NCBI GenBank assembly: GCA_002104905.1
Contig: MCFE01000003.1
Location: 223,977-287,976 of the forward strand
Length of the DNA stretch: 64,000 bases
Reading direction: 5' to 3'
Source of the DNA: Basidiobolus meristosporus CBS 931.73
Taxonomy: Eukaryota; Fungi; Basidiobolomycota
Shown here: one piece after another, positions 37,244 through 49,800 of the stretch
Numbering within the stretch: the first letter of the stretch is position 1
Layout of the letters: every line of letters starts with the position of its first letter
Position numbers and translations under genes: made by a program
The notes under the pieces: model-generated
The model's database searches: none
Told to the model about the DNA's origin: nothing
What the model saw: the letters and a program-made list of their open reading frames with translations, nothing else

Positions 37244-39175
37244 GAACACCACTTCAATAAATACATATCCAGTTCATCCAGTCTTTGCATTTGTATTGTT
37301 GCATATGCGTATGAATATTAATTGGAGCCCGTGAGAAGTACTTAGGGTAACAGATACTCTGTAATATCTTGCTAATTTTTTCAAATTTCTCCGGTATCTC
37401 AAAGGGCTCATTTAGCTTGAAATGCCCCATGTACAACTTGGTCATCAGTATAGGGATATTGTTGAAAAGCAAATGCATTGCTCCCAGTGGAAAGCTTTTG
37501 CTCAAACATATACCCTCTATCTTAAGTATCTCTGGTTTCTAATTGATTCCATATTCTGGCCAATGGCTTATAGCTTGCCAATTTTGCTGCAATTGCATGC
37601 TTACTTCTATACATTCTCTCTGTGGAAAGATGATGTTCTTAGTGCTGATGTTTGGGTATCATGGATCTCACACATTCAACAGCAATACCGTCCATTGTGC
37701 CCAGAAAAACCTGCTATCTTGCTGATGGCTGGGGTATCTCCAATGCAGATAATAATATGCACTTTTACATGACGGCCATTCACCATTATCCCGCTGGAAA
37801 GCATACAAAATTCATTCAGCAATGGATGCAGGTAGCTATCCAGGTTGGACGGTGATTTAGGCCCAGATACCAGTGAGACTACCATCAGATTATTGCTCTG
37901 ATACCGTAAGATGGGCGGCAGATTCAGATCAATGAGAATCAGTGGCAAGCAGGATTTGCGGGTAGAGTACTTGTTTAATGAGTATCCATCAAGTGCTAAA
38001 GCAAAGGCATGGTCATACATACCTTGAAAGTAGCCCTTGCTTCTTAGCTGTATGTAATGGTTGTCATTGAATATATCGGATATGTTTGTGCTTGATTGAT
38101 ACTGAGTGTGGTACTGTATAGCTTTGCAATATTTGTTGGACTGCATCAGCTTCCTCAGACGGGGTATGACTGGAATATATCCGGAGTGTGAACAATGTTT
38201 TCCCTCAATTGTGGTGAATTCCTGACAATTTGGACACATTGCAATGGTAGCATTTTTGGATGTGAATGCCATGCAACTGTTAACACATGCTGGAATCAGG
38301 ACAGTCTCTGGATCATATGTTGCCAGCTGCAAGATGGTTGTCCACTTGTACCATGTACATGGTAAGTTGCATCCCAGTATGATTTTGGCAAGAAGTAGTA
38401 ATAAATCCTCAAAGCACCCATTACTGATATTAGTGGAAACATGCCACTTCTCTAGTCACAACATCACATCATTCACCAGTAGATGGATTACTGGGCTCAC
38501 TTGGCTCCATAAAGTATCCTTGGCATTTGTCTCAACAGGTGTTGTCTCATTGCATATAGGGATTTGACTGGGCTCATACATGGTACTGTTGTTAGGGGAG
38601 ATAGGCTCAAAATCCATCAGTGAACCTTCTTTATCAGAGCTATCACTCTGCGTGCCATATTCAGAAGGCTGAGGTGAGCCTAAAGGCATCACAAACTCAC
38701 CTGACTCAGTTTGCGCAAGGTGACAAAGATGGCCAGGTGCCAATATTGAAGTATCAACTGGCTGGCAAGATAATGTTGGTGCAGTAGTGACCAATGAATG
38801 GTCAAATATGACTTGGGTGGCAAAACACTGGCGGTGATCCTTGTAATACTTCCTATGCTGTCTGCGTGCTTCATGGCTGAGAGGCTTGCCACAATAGCCA
38901 CATGGTCTTTTTTCTCTTCTCTTACAGCATTGAGTCAAAGTAGTCTTGTCCGTGGGGCAAACAGTTTGACCTTCAACAACGTAATGCTATTATATCACTT
39001 TTTGGTCAATACTCATGTGAACTTAAGACAGTCTTGTATTTGAGACATTGCACCTACATGAATGTAAGATTCAATGATGACCCGCCATAGTAAGCATTAT
39101 AAATAAAGTTGTGGCACCACATACACACGTATATGTAACACTATTTCCCCTTTGATTTGACTCACTTCCATATAT

Positions 39176-41200
39176 ATGCCGCCAAAAATAAAGCAAAGTT
39201 GTCTGGTTCTCAACCAAACCCCACCACTGACAGCAACAGAAGAACGGTTGGACAACAGCTTGCTTTGACATTCAGTGCAACAAGCGGGGCCACATCCAAA
39301 AAAGGCCCTGTGGACAGTGTGCCCATTGAAGGTAATAATGCGGACTTGAGAACCTCTGTGGTTCCACAAGCTGACTGTTTTGCTCAGGCAGATGAGAATG
39401 TAGCAAACGCAGTACCCTCTGTTGAAGATCAGCAAGTGGCCATGATAACATCACCACCACCCATATTAGCAGGTATGTTGTCAGCTCATAACAAAGCATT
39501 AATGAAGCAATTAGGTGCAGTGGCTGATTGGATAGATGCAATGGCCCAGAAAAATCAGGAAGTAGTCCAGAAACAGGATGAGCAGATAATATGTGTAGAG
39601 CAATCAATATCCCAGGTAGAGAAAGCAGCATCTTTGCTGCAAAGAAGGAACTCAAGTAGCTCAATGTCACAGCCAAGAATTGAGCCATTTCCTGATGTAA
39701 CAGCAGAGGAACACTGTACAGTCTTTGAAGCACAACAACAGTGCCCAAAGATAAAGCCCACAGAAAAACCTATTACAGCATGGGAGGGAGACAATGTGGT
39801 GTTTATACCAAAGCCTAAAAATCAAAAGACATTGAAGATCCGTGAAGCCGTTGAGTGCAATAATGAAGAGTGGGCTAATATACAAGAGGCTGTCAGAAGT
39901 CTAGCACGCCATCACGTTAAGGCCAGCATACCATGGGACCATCAGGAGCTCAAGGCCAAGCTGAATGCACTTGACTTGTTCCATGAGCATTATCCTGGAT
40001 TCAAACAGGCAAATGGATTATGAGCCAGCATTGGTATGCTAAGAAAGTATCTTAAGAATAGCAGAACCTATCAAAGGCAGAAGAACAAGGGTGCCATGGC
40101 TAAAAACCAGCGGCTTCCTCAAGAGTCTGTTACAAGCATGGCCAAAAGCTCCAGACAAGCATCAAAGAGACATCAGGCAGCTGGAAGAGTGCCAATTAAG
40201 GACAAGCAGGCAGACATGGATGCACCAGCACAACATTTATCAAGGAAAAGCGTAGTACCACTCAAGAAGCACCCAGTCAAAGTAGCAGTGAAGGACCTGG
40301 CAGTGATAAAAACCAGCCACTTTTACAGGAGCCCGTAACAACTACGGTTGAGAGCTCAAAACAAGCTGAAAAGAAACATCAGGTTGCCAGAAGAGTGCCT
40401 GCAAGGGACTAGCCGGCCAAAACAGATGCATCAGAGCAGAATTTATCCAGGAGAAACTGTAGTTCTTTACAAGAAGAACTCAGACAAAGTAGCTGTGAAA
40501 GACCTGGCAGTGATAAAGGAAAAGGTAAAGCGAAAAATGTCTACTCAAGCCTGAGACAGGGAGGCATGCAAAAAAAACTGCAGTTCTTGCCAATTAACGC
40601 TGCAAGCTAGGAACAGACTGAATCCCAACATAGCCAAGAAGAATTACCAACAAGAAATCAGCTGTTTTTGCAAGAGTTGGAAGCGCAGCCAATTGAGCTA
40701 CACTCCAGCAAGGGAGATAAGTTTGCTGAAAAAGGCAATTTGTCTACCACAGCCTTCACAGCCTCCATTGTTGACAGAGTGGAGATTCCACTGACAGACA
40801 AGGCTACAATGTCAAGAACTTGAAAGACTATCACAATGCCTTCAGTGCAGTTTTGGAACATTAATAGGCACACCAAGAGGTTGCAGCACTTCTTCAAGAG
40901 CAGTGCTCAAGAAAACGCACTAGAATATTGCAAGGATTTATTGCAAAGACTTGCAGATGAGGAGCTAGACCTTGCAGTGCCAGCTGAAGACCAGGATGTG
41001 TGGGAACCAGTGAATGAATAGTGGCATAAAGCTGTTGGGTTCCTGCCAAAGTTGTGGAACCAGAGCATTGCAGCAAAAATACTTACTGAGTGGTGGATTT
41101 TAATGGAGTTACTTGTTGACTGTGGGGTTGGGCTTAATGTTAGTGTAGGGTATAGAGACTTGCATAGGTCAATACAATTGGCAATTGAGGTACAACTGAA
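39176..41200 (+). pseudogene. CACTA ORF2 (accessory protein, unknown family), divergent from the transposase
   Basis: Start 'MPPK(S)KAKLSG' (intact at 44119, frameshifted here). Coiled-coil-like segment, the motif 'WANIQEAVRSLARHHVKASIPWDHQELKAKLNALDLFHEHYPGFKQANGL*ASIGMLRKYLKN', and an internal ~105-bp duplication (about 40205 and 40415). Conserved in copy E (50600-52570). The 3' end is uncertain. Confidence 0.65.
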
Positions 41201-41547
41201 GTTTCAACGGAAATAAATCAATTTGTACACATGAAAAGTAAGAGAAATGGCTGAGTCAGGAAGTAAGGTGTGTGAAAAAGAGGCAATAGCCAATCAATTC
41301 ACACAAACATAGGAGGCAATAGAGTGTCTGGGATCAGAAAGTGAGCAAATTGGCAGAGAACCAATCAGAAGCCACTTATACATTGTTGTGATGAAAAATT
41401 CTGACAAAGTCTTTTGTGAAATCTGGGGTGCAATTATTTTTCAATGGTTTCTGGACAGAGTCCTGACAAGATCAGCACCTCTCAGTCATGGGACATTAAC
41501 TTTGTGATAGCCTTTTGACGGGATCATCTCAATAATTTTTCATAGTG

Positions 41548-44532
41548 TGTATTGAGTGATGTTGAAATCAGCTTGTACTAAGGAGACACATGGCATACTT
41601 TGGTAATGTTGCCCTAATAAGGTTAACTTACCTCTTACATCTAGCCCAAAATGCACTACATAACTGATTACCCATGCACTGGGGCTGCCTTGCTTCTTAA
41701 TGTCAAGGTCAGAGGTATCCCAATGTGCACATCTATCCTCAGTATTTTCCAACTATTCCTGGAAGTCCTCCATGTGCATTCTCATCACATCCAAAATGGA
41801 CATGAAGGTAATATTCTTGATGAGATTGAGGTATAGTGGTACTTGTAACCTGACTTGTCCTCCTATCCCCCCCCACATATTCACTCAATGGGAAATTCCC
41901 AAAAGGTTAAGCAAGGTCCAGTATTCTCCATATACCAAGCAAAATGGAGTAGAGAAGAGATGCAGAGGTGGGAGAGTTCTATGAACTCAGTTCTTCACTT
42001 GTAGTATAGCTGCTCAGATCCCATTACAAGCTCACCTTGAAAAAAAAACTAACAAATGCCAGGGGATACCTTCATAATGTCAGCTAAATTCCAACTTTTC
42101 AGAGAGTGACAACTCCATATATGTCAGGTACTGGCTTCAGAGCAGACAAGCAGACTTCCTTTCCAGGGGGACTCTAAGCCAACTAGTGCAGTACCAAGTT
42201 TTCTAGTCAGTTGCTCATTAATCCCACCAAAAATTACAACCAAAAATTTGGGGCATAAGCACCAACTCAATACCTGCAAAATACCAACTAAATGCTAGTT
42301 AAATGCAGTTACATAGCAGCTAAAAGTCCAACAAACTCAATAGGCTTTGCAATTTTTCATAAGGTCCTTGCATAAAAGCTGAAAAAGCACTAAGTGGGCA
42401 TTGAAGGTCCTTTTCTCTATATGTATTCCTAAAGTGTTAATATATGACTCACAATGCTTCCAATGTACTGTAGGTAGAAACTGCTTCAGAAGGTTACTTG
42501 AATATATACATTTCTGGTTCATCCAGTCTGAGCATTTGCATTGATGCTAATGCATATACAAGGCTTTTGAGTAATATTAGGGTAAAAGAGCACTGCAACT
42601 TCTTGTCAATTCTTTCAAATTTTGTTGGACTCTACAAGGGCTCATTTAGCTTCAAATGCCCCATGTACAGATTTATCATGAGTATTGGGATATTGTCAAC
42701 AAGCAAATGAATTGCCCCCAGTGAAAAGCATCTGCGTCAGCAGATTCCTTACATCTGCAGTATCTGCAGTTTTCAATTGATCCCATATTCTGGCCAATAG
42801 GATATGGCTTGCCAGCTTTGCTGCAATTGCATGCTGAGTTCTGTATGTTCCCTTAGTGGGAAGATGTCTTAAGTGATGGTGTTTGGATTATTATACATAA
42901 TGTCAGTTATGGAGTAAATTCCCTGGATCTCACAAATTCAATAGTAATACCATTCACTGTGTACTGATATGCCAGATATCTTACTGATAACTGGAGTATC
43001 TTCAATACAGATAATAGCATGTGCTTTGAGACCATGGCCTTTTGCTAGTATCCTACTGGACAGCATACAAGATTCATGCAGCAATAGATTCAGATAGCTA
43101 TCCAAGTTGGACAGTGATTCAGGATCAGCAAGTAATGAGACTATCAACAGATTTCTGCTCTGGTCTGCAAGATTAATGGCAGACTCAGGTAGATGAGAAT
43201 CAGTGGCCAGCTGGATTTGCTGGTAGAGTACATGTTCAGCAAGAATCCCTCAGGTGCCAAGGCCATGACATGGTCACATATCCCTTCATAGTAGCCATTG
43301 CTTCTCTATTGTTTGTAATCTTTGACGACAAATATATCAGAAATGCTTGCACTTACCTGATACTGAGTGGAGTACTTTGTAGCTTCACAATATTTGTTGA
43401 GCTGCATGAGCATCTTCAAAAGGGTTTTGCTGGAATACAGCTGTAGTGTGAGAAATCTGCAAAGTATCCCTAGAATCTCTTGCTATGATTGTGGTCCCAT
43501 TGAATGTGGGGTCTATGCAGGTTTCAAGCAGGGTATTGTTGTGAGAAGAGATAGGCTTGAAATCCATCCATGAGCCTTCTTTTTCAGAGCTATCATTCTA
43601 CAGGCCATAGTCAGAAGGTTGAGGTAAGCCAACAGGCATTGCAAACTCACCCAACTCTGTTTGCACAAGGTGACAAGTGCCACTAGGTACTGTTGTAGAA
43701 ACATAAAGTAGCCAGCAAGATATTTCTGGTAGAGTAGTGGCTGATGAATGCTAAAATATGACCTTTGTGGCATATCCTTAGCCAAGATCCGTGGAAAATC
43801 CTATGATGTCTACATGCTTCATGGCTCAGAAGCTTCTACAGTGGCATATGGTATATTTCCCTTCTCTTATGGCCATGAGTCAGAGTTGTAAAGCCCACAG
43901 GGCAAACAGCTTGACACTCAGCAATGCAACTATTTTATATACTTTTAGGCCAATATTCATACAAGTTTAAGAGAGTCTTGCACTTGAGGCATTGTACCTA
44001 CACAGATGTTGGATTCAATGATGACCCACTAAAATATTCATTTTAAATGAAGCTGTGGCTCCAAATACCCACATATATGTTAAACTTTGTCCTCTTTGGT
44101 TTGTTTAATTTGCATAGAGATGCCACCTAAAAGTAAAGCAAAGTTGTCTGGTCTCCAATATAAAGCCACCGCAAAAAACAGTAGACAAATGGTTGAACAA
44201 CAACTTACACTAACATTAAGTGCAACAGGAAGGGCTACATTAAGAGAAGGTCATGTCAACAGTATGCCTACTGAAGGTAAGAATGCAGGCATTTCATTCT
44301 CCTGGTTAAGTGGGTAACTGAGAATCTCTGCACAATCATAATCTGACCATAATATTTGGGCAGTGGTAATTGTAGCAAGTATTTCAACCGCATTAAAAAA
44401 ATATCTAAGTCAGAAGAACAAGGGCATTGTTTGCTATAACCAGCAGCTAACCCTAACCCCCATCAGAGCCTGTCACAAGCAGGCCTGAAAGCTAAGACAG
44501 ATGTACCAGCTCACAGTTTATCAAGAAATGGT
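41548..44532 (-). mobile_element. CACTA copy C, right part (host of B; its left fragment lies at ~33165-33491); degenerate transposase plus truncated ORF2
   Basis: Colinear with 35400-39300 and more diverged than copy B. Confidence 0.75.
42033..42364. mobile_element. ~330-bp MITE-like insertion with imperfect CMC-type ends inside the copy C transposase
   Basis: Absent from copies B and E at this position. Ends CACCTTGAAAAA / TTTTTCATAAGG resemble the CMCTATGAAAAA TIR. The TSD is ambiguous. Confidence 0.45.
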
Positions 44533-46155
44533 CACTATGAAAAATTATTTGGTCCCACAGGTGGATCCAGTCCAGAACAGCTGTTAAGATCCGGTTAAGA
44601 CACCATCATAATACCAGCAGCTTGGAATTAGTGACCCTCTTAACAATTTATAATGGGATCACAATGGTGTTTGCTAATTTCACTACCAAATAAAGTGATA
44701 AAACTTGACAAGATTTGATTAGTCCTGTATTGGTGATAAGGCTGCCTAAAGCTGGTTCTGTATAATGCTACCATACCAATTTACCAAGTGGTATTTATTT
44801 TTTGTAGAATCACCCCTCTTTATTTGTTCACCCACTACTACCTTGGATATTCCACACATTGTTTGAATCAAAAAAAGCTATGTCCTCTTGCTTACTAACC
44901 TCTACAAACATGCACACCTGCCATAGTTGATATACTTCTATCACCTCAACATTAAGGTTTTTTAGTGCAATACTTGCAAAGTTGCCATATACCTTGTACT
45001 ACTAGTAACATATACATTTTGCAAACATATGCTGGGTTGTTGCCACTTCTGCCATGAATTCCTCCTGAAAATCTGCAAAGAACATCTTGGTATTTGGCCA
45101 ATATATTCCTTCTCCCTGCTGGATTCTAGTCCCCCTTATAGGTGCCCTCTGGCTTTTATTTGTGTAAATACTGTATTAAGTGGTGTAGAAGCTGGCTTGT
45201 GACCAAGAGAAATCTGGCATACCTTTGTAATATTTCTTAATAAAAAATTAGTTGCTTATTGCATGCAACTCAACTTTGCATTACTTAACTAATTATTCAC
45301 ACATAAGGGTTGCTTAGCTTCTTAATGCCATAGGAATAGGTGTCTCCATGTGCACATTTGTCCTTAGTATTTTCCAACTCTTTGTGGCTGTCCTTCATAT
45401 GCCAACTCACCACATATGTGACAGACTTGAAGGTAACATTCTTGATGAGATTCGGATTAGGTAGGGCCTGCAAATTCACACACCTTCCCATATCCTCACA
45501 CACCCACTCCATAGAACACTCCCAAATGGTTAAGCAAGGACCAATATTCTCCACACACTGTTCAAGATAGAGTAGAGAATGGATATAGTAGCGGCAGCAA
45601 TCTACATGTTCAGCTTTATGTTTGTAGTATAGCCACTCAAATTTAGATTAAATAGATTAAAGCCTGTGAGAAGTACTTAGGGTAGTGAATACTCTGTAAT
45701 ATCTTGCCAATTCTTTCAAATTTCTCCAGTATCTCAAAGGGTTTGTTCAACTTGAAATGCCCCATGCACAACTTGTTCATCAGTATAGGGATATTGTAGA
45801 AAAGCATATGCATTGCTCCCAGTGGAAAGCTTTTGCTCCAACAGATATCCCCAATCTTAAGTATCTCCAGTTCTCAATTTGTTCAATATTCCCGCTAATG
45901 ACTTACAGCTTGCCAACTCTGCTGCAATTGCATGCTGACTTCTGTATGTTCTCTTGGTGGAGGATTATGCTTTTAGTGCTGGTGTTTGAGTAATATTAAT
46001 GTGTGCGAGTTATGGAGTAAATCCTCTGGATCGCACACATTTGGCAGCAATACCATTCATTGTGCCCGGAAAAACCTGCTATCTTGCTGATGGCTGGGGT
46101 ATCTCCAATGCAGATAATAATATACGCTTTTACATGATGGCCACTTACAGTTATC
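44533..46155 (-). mobile_element. CACTA copy D: left TIR plus the 3' part of the transposase, inserted in ORF2 of copy C
   Basis: Exact CACTATGAAAAATTATT at 44533, followed by sequence colinear with 34588-37800. No right end found. Confidence 0.75.
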
Positions 46156-46831
46156 TGCATTAGTTTGTACCTGACTCAACAAGTGCGCAAAAGGAGAGGC
46201 AGCAGTCCTAATTAGGATTAGCTCTGTTAAAATATTCACCTATTGGGTATCACTCAGCAGCTAAAAATTTACTTAGCAACCCCTGACTGGTGTCAGTATC
46301 TGTTTGGACTCATTCTCAGCACTAACTTTACCATTTACCTCAGATCAACAATCCTGCGATTATTTCACTACTCTATGAGAACAATTTGGTCTCACATGTA
46401 AATCCAATCCATATCAGCCATTAGAATCCCACAACAAGGCTTACATAATCCTTGCATCTTGCAATAATTGATCTGCTTCATGATCTCATGATAGGATAGT
46501 GATGGTGCTTTTTAACAGATACTGCCAAATAGGTCAATAAACCCAACAGTGTTCTATTGGTTCTTTGTTTGTATCAATTTACCAGATGGTATTTCCTTTT
46601 CTACCTCTCTATGTATCATTCATATACTCCGCTGTAGAAGCACTTTTCTTTATTTGAATTCCTACTACTGTGGGTCTTCCACTTCTGGTAAGAACCAAAA
46701 AAGCTATGGCTGCCTGCTTGCTGACCTTTACATATACACACACCCACTGTAGTTTACACACTTCTATCCCCTCAACTTTATGGCTTTTCAGTATGCTACT
46801 TGCAATGTTGCCATGTACCTTGTATTGCTGG

Positions 46832-49800
46832 CCCTATACAAAATAACTTGGTCTTGCAGGTGGATCCAATTGGAATCAGCCGTCAAGATCCTGTGAGGAA
46901 ACTGCTCTAATTCCAGCAGCTTAGAATTAAGGACCATCTACACAATCTTATGACAGGATCACAATGGTGTTAGGCTAATTTTAGAGCCATATAAAATTAA
47001 AAAACATAACAGTGTTTGAACAGTGTTAAACCAAAAGAGGGACAGCATTGTTGAAGTCTTAGTGTGCTCTGCAACTCTTTGAATGGATCCAACTGGCCGG
47101 TAAATGCAACTGCTATAGATGGCAAAAAACTTGACTGTGTCTTGAGGACCTCATTGCCAGCCCTTGATGGCACCATAGCAGCAGTATAGTGACCTATTGG
47201 TAGTTCCGCATAATGCTACTATATCAATTTACCAACTGGTGTTTTGTTTTTCAACCTCTCCTTGCGCAATTAATATATTCCACTGCAGAATCACCCCTCA
47301 TTATTTGCTTAACAACTACTACCTTGGGTATTGCACACAAAGCTTGAATCAAAGAAAACTATGATCTCCTGCTTACTAACCTCTACAAACATGCACACCT
47401 GCTGCAATTGACATACTTAAAGCACCTCAATTCTGCAGCTTTCAGTATGATACTTACACAGTTGTCATACGCCTTGTATTGCTGGTAACATATGCATCTT
47501 GCAAACATATGCATTATGGCTACCTCTTCTGCATAAATTCCTCCTAAATATCTGCAAAGAACTTTCGGTATTTAGCCAGTATATTCCTTCTCCCAGCTAG
47601 ATTCTGTTACCTCTTATAGGTGCAATCTGGCTATTGCTTGTGAGAATTCTGTATTAAATAGTGTAGAAATTGGCTTGTGACCAAGCAAAACCTGCTTTAT
47701 GATCTACTACTTGAATGTTTAAGTTCAATCTGTTTTTAGTCAAATCAATTAGTTGTATGTTTAGCTTATCAGAATGTTTGTATTGTCTCTCAAATCCATA
47801 GTATTAGTCAGCAAATGAACCAGCAGATCCTTACCAGACAGAAATAGATATATTAAGTAGGATCTTATTGGGTGATGATGATGCAATCAAATGAGTCATC
47901 AGTCACAGCCTACATTAGGAAATACAATTAGTCATCAATTAATCTGGCAAAATGTATATAAGGACCTGCGGGAACCTCAATAAAAATCAGTTCAAGTTTT
48001 AGTGAATGCAATACTAGTTAAACTCCCTATTCCTCTACAACTCTGAAACCATGACTGGTAACACTGTCATACTTTGATAGAGTTTACCTAATCAAAGTTA
48101 GTTACATGTTGCACCCAACCCAAGTTTGCATTACTCACTGATTATCCATGCATTGGGGCTGCTTAGTTTCTTAATGCCATACGCATAGATGTCTCCTTGT
48201 GCATATTTGTTGTCAGTAATTCCCAGCTACTCCTGGCTGTCCTCCATGTGTCAACTCATTACATCTATTACAGACTCAAAGGTAGTATTCTTGATGAGAT
48301 TGGGAGATGGTAGTACCTGCAACTTGACTTGTATTCTTATCTCCCCACACATCTGCTTCATAGGAAACTCCCAAAAGGTTAAGCAAGGTTCAATATTTTC
48401 TACATACAGAGCCAGATGAAGTAACAAATGAATACAGTAGCAGCAGAGATCTAAGTGTTCAGCTTCATGCTTGTAGTATAACTGCTCAAATCCTATCTCA
48501 ACCTCTTGGCACAAAAGCTATAGATGCATCAAGTTGGCATTGGTGATCTGCTTCTGGATAAATATTCCTACAATATCCACATATGACTCCCAATGCTTCC
48601 AACATACTCTTGGTAGGAATGGCTTCAGAAGGCCACTTGAATATATACATGTTCAGTTCATCCAGTACTTGCACTTGTATTGTTGCATATGCATATGAAT
48701 GTTAATTGGAGCCTGTGAGACATACTAGGTCAGCAGATACTCTGTAATATCTTGCAAATTCTACCAGATTATTCTGGTATCTCAAAGGGCTCATTTATTT
48801 TGGAATGCCCCATGTTTTGACTTGGTCATCAGTATAGGGATATTGTAGAAAAACAAGTGTATAGCTATCAGTGGAAAGCTGTTGCTCCAACAGATACCCT
48901 CTATCTTAAATGACTCTGGTTTAAATTAATTCCATATTATAGCCAATAGCTGATAGCTTGCCAAGTATGCAAAATTGCATGCTAACTTCTAAACAACCTC
49001 TCTGCAGATAGATGATTTACTTAGTATTGGTGTGTGGGTAACAATAATGTGTGTGAGTTATGGAGTAAGTCACCTGGATATCACACACTTAACAGTGATA
49101 CCATCCATAACACCCAGAAAAGCCAGCTATCTTGCTGATGGCTGGGGCTTCTCCAATGCAGATAATAATATGTGCTTTGACATGATGGCCACTTACAGTT
49201 ATCTTACTGGAAGGTATTCAAAGCCTATCCAGCAATGCATAAAGGTAGCTATCCAGGTTGGACAGCAATTTAGGCAGAGATACCAGGGAGTCTACCATCA
49301 GATTTCTACTCTACTCACCATTAGATTTTTGCCCTGATACTCTAAGATATGCAGCAGATTAAAGTTATTGCAAATCAGTGGCCAGCAGGACTTGCTGGTA
49401 GAGCACTTGTTTAATGAGAATCCATCATGCGCCAAGGCAAAGACATAGTCATACATACATTCAAAGTAGCCCTTGCATCTTGGCTGTTTGTAATGTTTGC
49501 CACCAAGTCTTTTGTATATGTTTGGGCTTAATTAATACTGAGTTTGTTACTTTATAGCCTCACAATATTGATTGGACTGCATGAGCTTCTTTAGATGGGG
49601 TATTACCAGAATATATCTGGAGTGTGTACAATGTATTCTCCCAATGGTGCTGGATTCTGGGCAAGCTGGACACCTTGCAATAGTGGCACTTTCTGATATA
49701 AATGCCATGCAACTATTAAGACATGCTGGTATCAGGACAGTCTCTGGGTCATATATTGCCAGACATATAATGGTGGTCCATTTGTACTATGTATATGGTA

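Larger units (their letters stand above)
34750..38938 (-). pseudogene. CMC/EnSpm (Tnp2, Transposase_21-like) transposase of copy B, frameshifted and interrupted
   Basis: N-terminal 'CGYCGKPLSHEARRQH'; then 'PACVNSCMAF..CPNC', 'LALDG', 'NLPPILRY', 'GPKSP..DSYLHPL', 'GDTPAISKIAGFSGHNGRYC', 'MHLLFNN' and 'HSLLHLAQCVEIIGP..FWEFPMERMCG'. The lower boundary is approximate. Confidence 0.85.
33492..41547 (-). mobile_element. CACTA/EnSpm-type element copy B with both termini; ~5.7 kb after removing two LTR insertions; inserted into older copy C
   Basis: Left TIR CCCTATGAAAAATAATT (33492) and right TIR AATAATTTTTCATAGTG (ends 41547). Both flanks are TGTA (33488-91 and 41548-51), and joining them restores the host transposase sequence ATTC-TGTA-TTGA. 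Subterminal TGACRRGATC motifs at 41464 and 41516. Confidence 0.85.

Noticed and set aside
44446-44460. CTAACCCTAACCC telomere-like motif
   Set aside because: Only two units, inside a degenerate ORF2.
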